A stretch of 64,000 bases of DNA, from the NCBI RefSeq assembly GCF_009914755.1, contig NC_060935.1; one strand, written 5' to 3'. Of this stretch, positions 28,540 to 41,730 are shown piece by piece. The DNA comes from the human T2T-CHM13v2.0 reference genome, Homo sapiens. The position numbers were made by a program, and so were the translations under genes. The notes under the pieces are model-generated. The model was not told where the DNA came from. It made no database searches and saw only the letters and a program-made list of their open reading frames with translations. Numbering within the stretch: the first letter of the stretch is position 1; each line of letters begins with the position of its first letter.

Positions 28540-29560
28540 GGCGGCAGGGGCGTGTCAGGTGCCCGAGCAGGACGGTGGCCGGAGCCCGCAGCGGCCGAGC
28601 CCTCACTGGGCACCGTGTGCGGATCTATAATCGACAGCATCAATTGCGGGAGTCCGGCTGGGCTGGCCGCCTGCAGGGGCCAGGGCGTGAGGGCGGTGCG
28701 GAGCCTTGTCTGTGCGGCAAACCCTGCCTGGCTGCCCTGGCCAACCTCAGAAAAACATGTATTTTGGTCAAAATGGGCCCCTTTTCAAACTTGTCACCCC
28801 GTGGGTCAGGGCACAGCCTGCCCCCAGCCGGTTCTGCATATTAAGCAGTGGCTTGGTCACCATCAAAAATAGATGTCCCGACCCGAGCCTCCCCTCCCTC
28901 CCGGGGAGGGGACCTGGCCGTGCCGGCTGGGCTGGGAAACCGCGGGCGGGGAAGGAAGGACGGGGCGAACCGGCGGCACAGGCCCAGCACGTCCCGGGCC
29001 CTCCCCGTCAGGTGTGGACCCCGAGGTTGTGCGGGGGCTTGGCGGCAGCTGCGGGTGGGGGTGGGGGGCCCGGGCCTCCCGGGCTCGGGTTCTGGCCCCA
29101 GGTCAGAGGTGGCGCTGGCGGCAGGTGGATGCCCAGGTCCTCGCCGCGCCGCTCCGGGCGGTGGGACCGGCTTCCTGCCCTGGCTCCGAGCCCGCAGGTG
29201 GGGGCTTCCGCCTCACTTTGGACGGTGGCGTCCACAAAATGGCTGACGCGGCGCACGGCCGTCCCTGCACGGAGCCGGTGTTTACTTTGCCGCGCGAACA
29301 GCCTTTCGTTGCCCGGGTTCCGAGTGCTCCAGAGGCAGATGGAAATTTTTGTGGATTAAACACGGGGCCGAGGCGCGCTGGGCTGTTTGGGTTGGCAACC
29401 TGAGCCCTCCCCACCCCGTTCCGCGTCCGCTGCTTCCCGCCCTGGTCCGGCGCTTCCATTCATGCCTTCCCGGGTCCCTCCGCCACCCCTGCAGGCCCGG
29501 CGTCCCCTCCCGCACTCCCGCGGCCTCCAGGGGGTGGCCCTGCAGGCCCAGAGCAGCGTG
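28540..29560. promoter_or_regulatory. Intragenic CpG island in KCNQ1 intron 15
   Basis: About 1 kb, very GC-rich with dense unmutated CpGs, unlike the CpG-depleted flanks. Confidence 0.85.
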
Positions 29561-30693
29561 GGCCTGAACCCCTCTCCACGTGTGGAAGACGCTGCAGCAA
29601 TAGGAAGGGGCTGCTCCTTTGAGGGCCCTTCTCAAACCTGGAGCCCCACTGGCCGCCAGATCTTTGTCTGTGAAACAGCAGCCAGTGTGTGGACCAGGCA
29701 GGAGTGGATGGGGTGTGTGCCCACAAGTCCAGCACCCAGAAAACCCCCAGCACACGGTCCCTTTTACAGTGGCCTCTGCTCTCAGGAAGGTGGAAAGCGC
29801 CAGGTGGATAGGAGGGACGGGGCCGTGACCCCTCCCTCTGCCCAAGAGAAACTCTCTCCCTCAGGTCAGACCCAGGCCTTTCAAGAAGAGGTTGCAGGGT
29901 GTGCGGGCTGCCAGGAAAAGGTCTGTGCGGGTGAGGGAGCGCATCCTATGGATATCTAGAGGAAGAGCGTTCTGGGCGGAGGGCACAGCGGTTGTGGGGT
30001 GCGGGCTGAGGCAGTGCCTGGACCACCTTGGCAACAGCAGGAGGCACTGGCCAGAGCCACGGACAAGGGGGAGCCTGGGGGCGCAGACCACCCTGTGAGG
30101 CCTCAATTAGAGGAGATGGGGGCTTGGGGCCCCGGAGGGCTGAGATCCAGCTCATGGCTTTGGCAGCATTGTTCTTGCACGTTCAGGATTAGCCGAGTAA
30201 GGTGAGCCTGACAGCGGGGCCAGCACGCAGCCCCCTGCCCCTCGCCCCCTCCCTGCCCCCAGTCCCCCACATAGGTGTCAAAGTGCACAGCACCCCCTCT
30301 CTTCCCCGCCCCCCGGGAGCCGCAGGTCAGGCACACAAGAGCCATCTGTGTGGGCGGCAAGGTGGCTGCCTGTCTGCTGCCCGCAAAGGGATGCTTGTCC
30401 AGCAGGGTGAACACCCCGTCAGGGCAGGAGCTGCTGAGGAGATGCTGATGCCTGGGTGACTCATGCTACCTGGCCACCCATCCTCGCTGGGCTACAAATG
30501 GGTTCAGCCTCATGGGCATCAGGCAGGGCCCGCCTGGGTGCACCCGACAAACACAAGGGCTCTTGTTCTAAGGCTCTGTGATAGCCCCTCTTACTGAGAG
30601 GGACCATATCCAATAACGGGTGGAAATTGCACTAGCAGGGTCATGTGAGGGCTCCGAGCTTTCTCCAGAACCCAGGAATATCCTCAAAACTGA

Positions 30694-31010
30694 GGCTGGG
30701 CACAGTGGCTCACACCTGTAATCCCAGCTCTTTAGGAGGCCAAGACGGGGGGATGGCTTGAGGCCAGGAGTTCACGACCACCCTGGGCAACATAGCGAGA
30801 CCCTGTCTCTATGAAAATAAAAATAAAAAATTAGCCAAGCGTGATGGTGTGTGCCTGTGGTCCCGGCTGCTCAGCAGGCTGAGTTAGAAGAATCGCTTGA
30901 GCCCAGGAGTTCAAGGCTGCAGTGAGCCATGATCACACCACTGCACTCTAGCCTGGGCAACACAGTGAGATCCTATCTCTAAAAATAAAAGTAAGAAGTA
31001 TTTTTTTTTT
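30694..31010 (+). mobile_element. AluJ element
   Basis: ggctgggcacagtggctcacacctgtaatccc; gcttgaggccaggagttc; full dimer; aactga duplicated on both flanks. Confidence 0.9.
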
Positions 31011-34000
31011 AACTGAGGCCCTTCTGGAGGGATGGAGGGACCAGAAGTCACAAGGAGCAGAAAGGAAAAAAGCAAAGGAATCCTTCTGAAGCACTGTGGG
31101 CATTTATTCATTCACCTTGTGCCACTGCCTGGGGCTGCAGTGTGAGTAGGGTGGGCTGGCCCCTGCTCCTTAGAATGTACAGCCCCATGGCTGGGCAGGG
31201 GGACGCACATAGTGACCCGTAATTACATATCTGTCTGTGTGAAGGAGAAAGTACTCGGTTTTCCCAGTCAGTGGAGTCAGGAGCCCAGAGCCAACCAGGA
31301 GTGAGTGAGGAGGAGGAGGGTGACACAGGGTGGAAGAGTGTCCAGTGTGTGCAGCCTTGCAAAGGCCCTAGGGCACGAGGGCACATCCTCCTGAGGCCAT
31401 GAGAGCAGGTGAGGCAGAGCTGGTGAGCGAGGGATGGCCCGGCCGGGCCAAGGATCCAGGGGTGGCTCCGGCTTCGTGGGAGGAGGGTTACAGGCAGGTG
31501 AGGATGCAGTTCCAGGAGTGGTGAGGGGCTGCTGTGGGATGAGGGAGAGCATCAGCACTTTGGACTAGGGTGGAGGCCTTGGGGCCAGCCCCCAGTCTGC
31601 CAGCCCCACCGATGAGAACAAGCAGACTGAGGGGAGAAAGGTTGGAGAAGGACCCCGAGCTTCTGCTGTGAGCCCCCACGTGGGGATGCTTTGCTCGGAG
31701 GGGTGCTGAGGTAGGAGGGTCAGGAGGGTCTGGAGCTGTATTTGGACTTGGCAGGCAACCAAAACCCCAGTGCTTAGAGATCAAGTGGAAAAGAAAAGAG
31801 GAAGAAGATGGGGGAGTGAGAGAGATGGGAAGGCAGTGAGGGAAGCCTTGGGGAGGCCGTGGTCAGGGGCGGCACAGGGGAGAAGCAGGCTCATGTGACT
31901 CAGCCCTGAGCCCAGCCGGGCCCCCAAAGATGCTGGACCTTAAAGACACAAAGATGTGATGCATGTGTGTTCACAGATTAGCGGGGAGCAGATGCCGCAT
32001 GGAGGGGCGTCAGGGAGTACACCGCCTTCCCAGGTGAGGGTGTCCTGGAGGAGGCACAAGTTCTGCTGGGCTGGACTGGACCCAGCAAGAGAGCCTGAGC
32101 CTGGAGGACCCCTCTGGCCCCCATCTCCCACTTTCAGCTTCAGCTCTGAAGCCACCACCCAGAACCACATACCTGTTCTTCCCAAGTTTGCTCTCCCTAG
32201 CGGAGGGAAAGACGGGAGGTCCACAGATTACCTTGTCTCTTGAAAGCAAGATGCCACCAGTGGGGACCAATGTACAGAGACCAGGCCCAGCCTAGAGTGG
32301 GTATAGCTCATCACACCCCCAGAAGCTGTGCGGGGAGGAAGGCAAGCAGGCAGCACAGTCAAGACCTGAGTTTGATGACTCAGAGGGTCCTCTGCCTGTG
32401 GTTGGCGGGGGTCCAAGGGGTCTTCCCATCTAACTCGCCACCTCCTCCCACGTCCCACTCAACTCCACCCCACAGCAGCCAAGAAGCCAGGGCATCACTT
32501 GACCTTCCGCTGCGTCAGTCTCCGCATCTCGCCTCCCCTACCCCCGACCTCTCGGGTGCTGTAGGGATGAGGTAGGAGTGGTGGCTATGAACTGGAGGCC
32601 TTCGCCTCGGGCTGGAGCTCAGAGCAGTCCCTGCTGCTGCCAGACCTGCAGTTGGGGCACTGCACCCATGTCTGGGGAGGCCACGGACAGGGCCCCAGGG
32701 TCTCAGGTGACCTGTCTTGTGTATCCCACTTCGTTTCTCTCTTTCCCTAAAGGTGAAGTTCTGGAGCAAAAAGAGCCTGAGCTGTGAGCCGAGGGGCTCC
32801 TCCTCCTCCAAACTGACACCCAGTCACAGAGCAATTGCTAAAGACACAGTCATGCTTGGGCCCAGAGTGGGCCCCACGGAGCTTCCCCCAACCCAGCCTG
32901 GCTTGAGCAGGCCCCTGATCTAAACCACCCTACCCCACACCCACTGGGGCTCACCTGGGGTTTGGCCAGCATCCCTAGAAATCAGAAGCCCGCCCCTAAT
33001 TCTGCCAGCTTCTGGCTTTCCGTTGCCATGGTGACACCCAGCCCCCAGCTACAGATCCCGCCAACTCTTCCCTGCCATTTTGCAAGAAACAATATTTTTC
33101 TGCTCCACAAACTTGGCGGGACCCTGCCTTTCCCCGGGTCCATGAGGAACCCCACGGGTTCCTTGCCCTGGAGTCTCTCCAGCTCTCATCCCCTGAGTGC
33201 CTCCACAAGCAGGGGTCCCATGGGGCGGGGGCCGGGGGAACAGGGGGTAAGTGTGGCCAACCCCTTGCACAGGGCTTGGAGATGGAGGCCCCTCCCCAGG
33301 TGAGACCGGCCTTTGGCCCCCTGCCCCACTCACACAGGGACACCCTTTGTGTTTTTCCACATCTGAGAGCCACCGACATTTCTTAGATGACGTTTTCTTG
33401 AACCCACCGTGCTTGGTGCCCGTTAAGTACTTCTACTGCAGCAGCCTAGAACCGACACGTGTGAAACCATTGGCTTATGGCGCAATGCACTTCCTCCCGG
33501 CATGCATGAAAACATAAACGTAAATACCAAAATACACAGGGACTATTCGGACACCACCTGAAATCATTCCATGTCCCACCAGAAGCCAGCACGGCCCCTG
33601 GCCCCCTGCCAGGTGACGCTGCCCCATGGCAGCCACAGTGCTGATGAAGCTCTGTTTGAGATCACCGCCTGGCTAAGGCCAAGGCGGCCACGTCAGTTCT
33701 CACGGCTCCTCCCAAACTGAGGAGCATGGAGGACCCTGGGCATTGATGGCAGGGTGGCAGGAAGCACCCATCGCTTTCCTCTCCCGGATCTTCCCAGCAC
33801 CCTTCCACCTTCAGCCTTTATACCCCGAGACCAGGCGAGGCCTCCCACTGCCGACCCAGGCCTATCATGGGGCCTGAGAAGTAGTCCTCATTTCCTCACT
33901 CTCACACCCCGACACACCCTCTCCATGGGGAAGGAAAACGTGCCCCGAAGGGGCCTGTGTCCAGGTTCCTGCCCACTCAGCCCCTCGGGGCCGTGTCTCC

Positions 34001-36719
34001 CTGCGTCAGAGCTGGGCCTGAAGATAATGGGCCCACTGAGGTGCAGGCGGTGGACAGACCCAGGAAGACCTCGTGGGTTTCCCAGGAAGACAGAGACTGG
34101 GAGCCATTCTTCCCGGCGGCAGCGGCTCTCGGCCTGTCCTTGTCCCCACACAAGCCCCCACTGCTGCGCCGTCCCTCCTGCGCCACCTGACAGATGTGGC
34201 GGTGAGAAAACGATGGGGCAGGGAAACGTTCGCCATTCGGTGCCAATAAAGGCCGCCTTTATCCCGACCGTAAATGGTTTCTGTGTGGAGTGAGACTGTG
34301 CCTGTCCCGGGCCTAACCCCCCAAGGGCCAGAGAGGCGAAATTAGATCCGTGGGGAGAGATTTTACAACGTATGGGCTGGTGGCAAGTGGCGGCAAACCG
34401 TCCCCACGGGGCCACAATGGGGCATTGTTCACGGCCTCACCTGGGCTGTCTCCAGCACCCCAGGATTTACGAGGACTCGGCCCAGAGCCTCGATGCCGGC
34501 CGCTCCGGGCAGACCTGGGGGGGTGGCGGGGGGGAGGCCCTGTGAAGAGGAGGACAGTGCTGGGGGCTGGGCCACGGAGAGGCCGGGCAGCGCTGGCCCC
34601 AGCCCCCAGCTCCCAGCTCCCCAGAGACAGCCAGCCAGGAACGGGCCCCAACCTGCCTGCAGACCAAGCGGTCACATCGCGAATGAGTCCTCATGCTGTG
34701 CGTCCCCCACTGGGCAGCCAGAGGTGTGCCTAACGGGGCCAGGAGGCTGAAGACAACCTTTCCTTGGGCTCTCAGCGATGCCAGCTCCAGCTGCTGTGTC
34801 ATCAAGGTCGGGCTTGGCTGGCCTCTTCCTAGCAGACCTTCCAAAACCCCGCAGACTCCCGTGGCTGTACCAGCCCTGCACCTCCTGGCCACCTGCCCCT
34901 GCGTACCCACCACCCTTGCTCGGGAGCTCGAGGGCCCTTTCCCCACTAGCATCTGACCGCCTTCTTGTATGTCTTGAAGGTTCTTTGCCTTCTCTGTGCA
35001 GCAGGGCCCTTTACAGTGTAGTCTGGCCCCTCCTCCTCCCCCGGGCCCCGTACTTCCTCCATTCTGCCCCTTCTCAGGTGTGCGGGACCTTTTTACAGCC
35101 CCCTGCTTGTGCCTGCACTCCCTCCCCTGGGAGCCTGCCTCACCCTGACCACATGGCCTTCGGCACCCAGCTTGAGTGTCCCATCCTGTGAAGCCAGCCG
35201 GTTCCCCCAGGCACAGGGGATACCTCTTCCCTTTGGGCACCTGCCCTGCGTACTGTGCCAGCCTCCAGGTTGGCCCAGGCAGCCCAGGCTGCTCAGGGTC
35301 ATGGCCAACCCAGGGCACCACGGTGGGCAGATGCAGCCCCTTTCCAGGCCAAGTTCAGCCCTCTCACCCTCACAGGGGACCCAATTGCACAGCCATCCAC
35401 AGCGGCCATGGGACAATACTGAGTCTTGAGTTAGGGGTGTCTCTCCTCAACCCTGAGAGCAGCCCCTTTTCCCACCCTCAGTGCCCCCGGCCCAAGCAAG
35501 CCTGCATGGTGCAAACCCACATGGCAGCCCAGGGCCCAGGAATGGCTGTCCAAGAGGAAGGGGCTGGACCGTCCACGCCCTGGGTTCCCAACCACCCTTC
35601 CCCTCCTGGTCACCTTTCGGCTTGGCATCAGGAGGGCTTGAAGAAGACTCCTCAGCCCCACCTGCAGACCTAGCTAGTTGCCAACCACCTGGGGTTGTGC
35701 CCAGTCCTCAGAACTCACCTGCCCATGGTCATCCGAGCCGTTCCCACAAAAGCCTTCCTTGGGATCCTCAGCCGTCTGGGGGGCCTCCTTACTGGGGTCA
35801 CCTCAAAAACAGCTGTAGAGGGGTTTGCGGCAGCAGCAGCAGACGTTTTTAAACTAATTCATTGGTGATGGCAAAATTATGCCGAGTTCCCTGAAAAAAA
35901 AAAAAAATACCCACTCTATTTCCTCATTAACATAATTGCAAACAGAACGAATTTTCTTGATTTCGTGTAAACAACAGCTTGAAATAGTTTATAATCCTTG
36001 CAGGTATCAAATTAAGTTCTTACTTATGGTCTGGAAATTAATTACCCTTGCAGCGAGACAAATGTGAAAACTGTGTATTTTTGACAAGAAAATGAAGCAG
36101 CTATTGGGGAAAATGTAACTTAATCGTAGCAGAGAAAATTGTTTATAAATTGGTCGCGTTGTTTGAACTCTCGCCTCTGTGGCTCAGGGCTGGGTTGATC
36201 TATGCATGTACATTTGCCTAATTTGGGACAGGGGAAGGGGCTGGAGGAGCAGGAACAGGACGGGGGAAGGAGAGGAAGAAGAGGAAGGAGAGCAGAGGGT
36301 ACCCGCGTGAAGGGTACCCACGAGGAAGGGGACATTAGACAAGAATGCAGGTGGTCAGGCGGCACTTACCTGGCAGGTGAAATCTAAACAGGCACCTTCA
36401 AAGGAGGACAAAGCAGCTCCCTTGGGTAACTAGGAAGAGGACACCAGCTGGCGAGGGGCAAAGCAAAGGACCTGGGACAGGCACGTGCCTGGAACAGAAA
36501 GGGAGCCAGTGTGTCTGCATCAAAGTGAGTGAGAGAGCAGCGCAGGAGAGAAACTCTCAGAGGCAGGCGGGGGCCGGACCACGGGGGCGGTGGTGCTCAG
36601 ATTCCATGTGGCTGTCCATCCATGGTGGGCCAGGAGGTCACTGTTGTGGTGACAACCAGCGCTCTTTGGAATGGACTGAAGTGGAATGTGATGTTTAACT
36701 TCTGTAGCTGTAAGTTCGA

Positions 36720-36940
36720 GTGTGTGTGTGTGTGTGTGTGTGTGTGGTGTGGTGTGTAGCATGCTTGCATGCCTGGACACAGTGTGTGTTGGCATGTGTG
36801 GTGTGGTGTGTTTGTATGTGAGGGCAGTGTGTGTGTTTTGTTGTATGTGGTGTGTCTTCTACGTGTGAGTGTGGTGTGTGTTGTGTCTGCATGTATCGTG
36901 TGTGTGGTGTTTGTGTGTGTGAGTGTGGTGTGTATATGTT
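36720..36940. repeat. (TG)n microsatellite plus degenerate TG-rich tract
   Basis: gtgtgtgtgtgtgtgtgtgtgtgtgtg followed by ~200 bp of imperfect TG/GTG repeats. Confidence 0.9.
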
Positions 36941-37284
36941 GTATCCAAGACAGCCAAAGGGAAGTTCCAAGGGGCTCGTGCACTCGGTGTCCAGGGAGCA
37001 GCATCTGTGCTGTCTGCAGGTAGTCACCGTTCTCCATCCTGTTACAGCAAATACCCTCCTCTGCATTTTTCCCTTGTGTTTGATTTGCCAGGAGCAGAAT
37101 TTCTGGGTTGGAATCGGGAACATTTAGAGGAGCTTCTCAGTAGAGTTGTACAGAGTGGAAATGAGTCGGCAGGCTGCACGGGGGGTTCCAGTCACAGCAC
37201 AGAGGGTGTGTGTTTTCGGTGCCTGCCCTCCTGAGCTCCAAGTGTCCCACGCCTGCCCGTCAGTCCTCATGTCTACCTGGGCGA

Positions 37285-37390
37285 CCCCATTTTGAAGATG
37301 CAGAACTGAGGTCCGGAGAGGCCTGGGTAGCTGCCTAAGGGTGGGGTAGAAGCATGGTGCCGGCTCAGCCACCCTCAGGTCTCCAGGCTC
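37285..37390 (-). mobile_element. MIR fragment
   Basis: ccccattttgaagatgcagaactgaggtccggagagg core. Confidence 0.6.
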
Positions 37391-38019
37391 CCAGCCAAGG
37401 GCTCCGATAAGGCTGCTGGGACCTGGGGGCTGTGAGCAGATGCAGACGTCCACAGTTCCCAGGGCTCTGACCCTGCCCTGTCTCCAGAGCCCACAGCCCC
37501 ACCCAAAAGGCCAGGAGGTCACAGATCTGGGATCCTTTCCTGCCACCTTCAAGAAGGGAATAAAGCCACTTCCTGCTCCATCCCAGTGGCCTGAGGGTGT
37601 GGGAGGGACAGAGGCCTCCCCCAGCAGGGTAACCCTGCAAAGAGGGGGCTGACAGCCGTTCCTGCTTCCTACTGGGCAGAGGCTATAGAGGAGGTTTCCA
37701 GCGCCTCAGTGCAGGCAGCTGAGCCCAGCCCCCTGGGCTGTCCTTGGAACCACTCCCAGCCCCTGCCAGCTTTGTAGCCTCTTTCTTCCCCACCCCACTT
37801 GCCTCACCTCGGCCCAAACCTGGGTACTCCCAGCTGCAGCCCTCCCCACTTTGCCTGCTCTGAGGCTGTGTAGGGCCCAGGGAGTGGGGGAAGGGGCCTG
37901 GGTCCCGCACAGGATTGAGGTGGCGTTTACAGAACCGGGGGCCAGAGCAGCTGTGGCCGTGAAGGTTCCAAGCTTGAAGTGGAAAGGGTTTTGATGCCAA
38001 GGTCCAACGCCCAGCTTAT

Positions 38020-38135
38020 CATTGTGTAAATCTGGGCACCACACATAGCCTCTCTGTGACTCAGTTTCTTCAACCCTAAAATGGGGACATGCTTGCGGGG
38101 GTTCAGGAGATCCCCATTGAGCACGGAGAAGAGCA
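38020..38135 (+). mobile_element. MIR fragment
   Basis: gcctctctgtgactcagtttcttcaaccctaaaatgggg core. Confidence 0.6.
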
Positions 38136-38699
38136 GGTGCTGTCCACTCAGTGACCATCTGCCGTCACCATTCCCCAAGTTATGGGAGAATTCAGCTATG
38201 GTAAGAGCAGAGAACAGGATGGCGCTGGGGCAGGAGGAGAAGGTGTGGCTGGCAGGCACTCATGAGGACAGGGTCTCAGAGCCCATTCTAGAGAATGTTC
38301 CAGAAGGCATGGGGAGGCAGGAGACCAGGTGTGCCCAGGGTGGGGACACTGGTAATGGGAGGTGCCAGAGCTGGTGACAGAAGCAATGGAGGTGGGTGCA
38401 GGGCTGGGGCAGGGCCAGGCAGTGGCTCCTGGGGTGCTGGTGGCCCAGACAGACTAGAGATGGTGGAAGGGTAGAGTGCAGTCAGGTTTGGAGTGGGTCC
38501 ACTCTTTGCACAGACCAGCCCCCTAGAGGCTCCCCAGTTCCAACAGGATACTGGGCTCCATGGCTGTCACGTGGAGCTGTCTGTAGGTGGACTGGCTTCT
38601 GACCCACTCGGGGTGCCGGACCCTGCCCTGTGCCTGTAGGGGCGGGCACTCACCTGCCCTTGCAGTCCCCTCTAGCTCTCCAGCTTCCTGCTGGCCAGT

Positions 38700-39047
38700 C
38701 GTATCAGCTGGCTCAGCAGCAAAGGCTTCAGACCAGGGGACTTAGGTGAGAGAAATTTATTCCTCACAGTTCTGGAGGCTGGAAGTCCGAGAGCAAGGTT
38801 GTGGAAGGGTCGGCTCCTGGTGAGGGCCCTCTTCCTGGCTCATAGGCTGGGCCCTTCCTCTGTGCTTACACATCCCTGGTGCTGCCGCCTTCTCTTGCAA
38901 AGACGTGAGTCCTATGGGACCAAGGCCCTGCCTTCACAGTCTCCTTTAATATTTATCACCTCCTAAAGGCCTCGTCTCCAAACACAGTCACATTGGGGAT
39001 TAGGGCTTCAACATGTGAATTTAGGAGGGCACAGTTCAGTTCATAAC
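38700..39047 (-). mobile_element. MLT1A-like MaLR solo LTR
   Basis: gaaatttattcctcacagttctggaggctggaagtcc and tcacattggggattagggcttcaacatgtgaattt...cataaca. Confidence 0.85.
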
Positions 39048-41634
39048 ACAAGTCCTCCGTCGGGCCACTGGAGCCTGGGGAGATGCCCCCACTGCATGCT
39101 GAAGGGCAGGAAGTGAGGGAGGGGAGAGCTTGTTGCGGGGGTGTCCTTGCCTCTCAGGGCCACGCCCACTGCCTGCGCCAGGGAAGACCAGCAGTGACAG
39201 GGATGGTGTCCCCGCAGCCCCTGGGTTAACACTGCCTCCTCCCTTGCTCTTCTTGGCAGCACAGACCTCAGAAGGCTGGAGCCCCGGGCAGGCCCAAGCA
39301 CAGAAAAAGCCAGAGCAGGGTCTGGGGTCTTTGCCTCCAGTAGGGTGTTGGGGGAGCTTTGTATTCTCTGTGGCTGGAGGCGATTTCGCCAGCTGCGGAG
39401 CGGGGCGCGGTGGGCACATTCACCCAGACTCACACCGGCCCAGGACGTGCTGAGGGTGTTGGGGCCCATCCACCCTCCACTCCGCTTTTCCAGGGGTCAG
39501 GCAGGGGGAGGCCACAGGGTGCCCAGCTTCAGCCACACCCGCCTTCTGACAATGCGAAGCCCACCTGGTCTGTGAGCTGTCGCCTCTGTCCTCACAGTGA
39601 CAGAGCTGGCTTTGAGGGCAGCAGGACAGGGGTTTAGCCCTGGCTCCGGCCCTGTCGCCAGCCGGCAGCACTGGGGCCACCAGCACAGCCTCCCAGCCCT
39701 CACCAGTATTAACTGTCATCCCAAGGGGGCCACTGAGGCAGCGGGGAGCCTGCCCTGGAATGTGCCATCCTCGGGCGCAGGCAGCCCTTCATGGGCCTGC
39801 CCAATGTCTATTAATTAAGCCCCCTGGAGACTCCAGGAGCTGGGGGCCTTGGCTCAGTGCCCTCTCATAAAGTTCTGCTCTCTGGGGACCGTGGCTCTGG
39901 CAGCCACCCTGCCTCTCAGGAGCCAGCCTAGTGCCTCCTGGGTCCCCGGGGTATAGGGCCAGACCCCAAGGCTTACTGGCAAGAGGCCCAGCAGATGCTC
40001 ATTCTCCCGGTCAAACCCCTAGATGACACTCACTGGGGAACAGAGGGGCTGGGTCCAGGAAGGAGGCGTTTGCAGGGCGGGGTTGTCTCCTGAAGACTGC
40101 GAGCTAGAGGGGAGAAGCCACTGCATGCTCCCAGCCCTTCACCTCACAGTCCCGGAATGGGGAAGCTGAGTGGCCACCCACCCTTGGACGTTCCCTGAGC
40201 ATTTCCCCACTCAGAGTCCAGAAGCCCCCAGCCCCAGCAGACCCTACAGCGCTACCTGCAAAGGCCAGACCGGCCAGCCAGGGAGGTGGGCTAGACAGTG
40301 CCCTGGCCACCACAGGGCAACCCCTCAGCTCCACTTCGCCACCCAGAGGAGCTGGCCCTGGCCACTCTCTCAGAGCAGGAGGTGACATGAAGGGAAGGTG
40401 GCAGGATGGGAGTGCCCATCAGCCGGAAGGCCACGGGAGTCAATGGTGAGGGGCAGAGCGAGCAAGGGGCTCAGGGTAGCCCAGAAAACCCAGCCGGGCA
40501 CCCCCCCTCCCCACGGGCACCCAGGAACCGCCCTGACTTTGCTGGAGGACCTGCCATGGCTTTGCCAGAAGACCCTGGGACTGTCTGGAGCATCCTCCCA
40601 AGGACTCGCCCCTAGTCAGGAAAAAATAGGGCCCCGGAGTCAGCAAGGGCTTCCTGGGGGCCCAGGTCAGCCTGGACGGTGGCAGGACTCGGCGAGGTGG
40701 GGATGGGGCTTGGAGGATGTGGCAGAGTTCCCATGGTGTGTGTAGAATGATATTCCCTCCAGACCACGGTGCCTTCTGGGCTCTGGAGAATGCACCTGTG
40801 TTCCCAGGAGCTTTAGGGGTACCCAGGTGGTGTGATGGGGAGCAGGAGCCAGTTGTTCCCAAACCTCGCCCCTTCTCCCTGCAGGCACTGGCAGAGCTGG
40901 GGGTGATGGGGCTTCAGTGGAGCCCGCCAGGACTGGGGACACAAGCCTAGGCCTGTACCGTCTGCAGCCCCATCTCCAGGTCCCGGCCTGCCCCAGCCTG
41001 CCCACCCCCAGCCTGTCCCCCAAATGCCCAGGGCTGTGGCCTGCCCAGACTTGCCAGGGAGCTCCTGTGCCCTTCTTTCTCCTGGCCTCTCAGAAGCACT
41101 CCCTGATCCTCTCCCCACTTCCCTCCTCCCCTCTCATCCCCACCTCGGGCCCACCAGCTCCCACCCTGCTATGCCCATGGACCCCAGGGTCAGCTTTTAT
41201 GCACACTCAGGTACTCAGGACACCCCACACCAGCCATTGGATGGGGCCGCCTCTGCCACCTGCTCCAGCCACCTGGCAGATCCCACTCGGCTCACACAGA
41301 GCCTTGGCCAGCATGTGGCCGCAGCCCCAACTGCAGCGGAAGGTCTCGGGGAGTCGAAGGCAGAGGGGAAAGGACGGGATGGCGGGTGAACCACACGGGG
41401 AGGAGCCTGGAGCTCCTTCTGCATTTTCTTAGGAAGTGCTGCAGGGACCCACTGGATTCTCTACAGCGCCCAGTAGCCCATTAGAAGATACAGAGGCAGC
41501 AATATTCACAGGGCCAGAAACAACTGCAGTTCACCCATGCTGTGCACCAGCTCCCACACCACCCATGCCACGTGCCTGCTCTCCACCGAGCCCTGCAAAT
41601 GCCTCGGCACATCAGCAAGCACAGGCCTCCTGCA

Positions 41635-41730
41635 ACGTCATTTTGCAGAAGGGAAACTGAGGCACAAAATACTCCACTGCCACCAAGTCACCCAACTCAG
41701 TGGTAGAGCTGAGATCTGAATGCAGGCCGC
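41635..41730 (-). mobile_element. MIR fragment
   Basis: cattttgcagaagggaaactgaggcac...ccaagtcacccaact...gagctgagatctgaa. Confidence 0.65.

Noticed and set aside
28486-29959. Many overlapping 130-217 aa ORFs
   Set aside because: Stop-poor CpG island; Pro/Gly/Arg-rich with no recognisable domain
36597-37234. His/Thr-rich or Cys/Val-rich ORFs
   Set aside because: Translations of the TG/CA repeat tract
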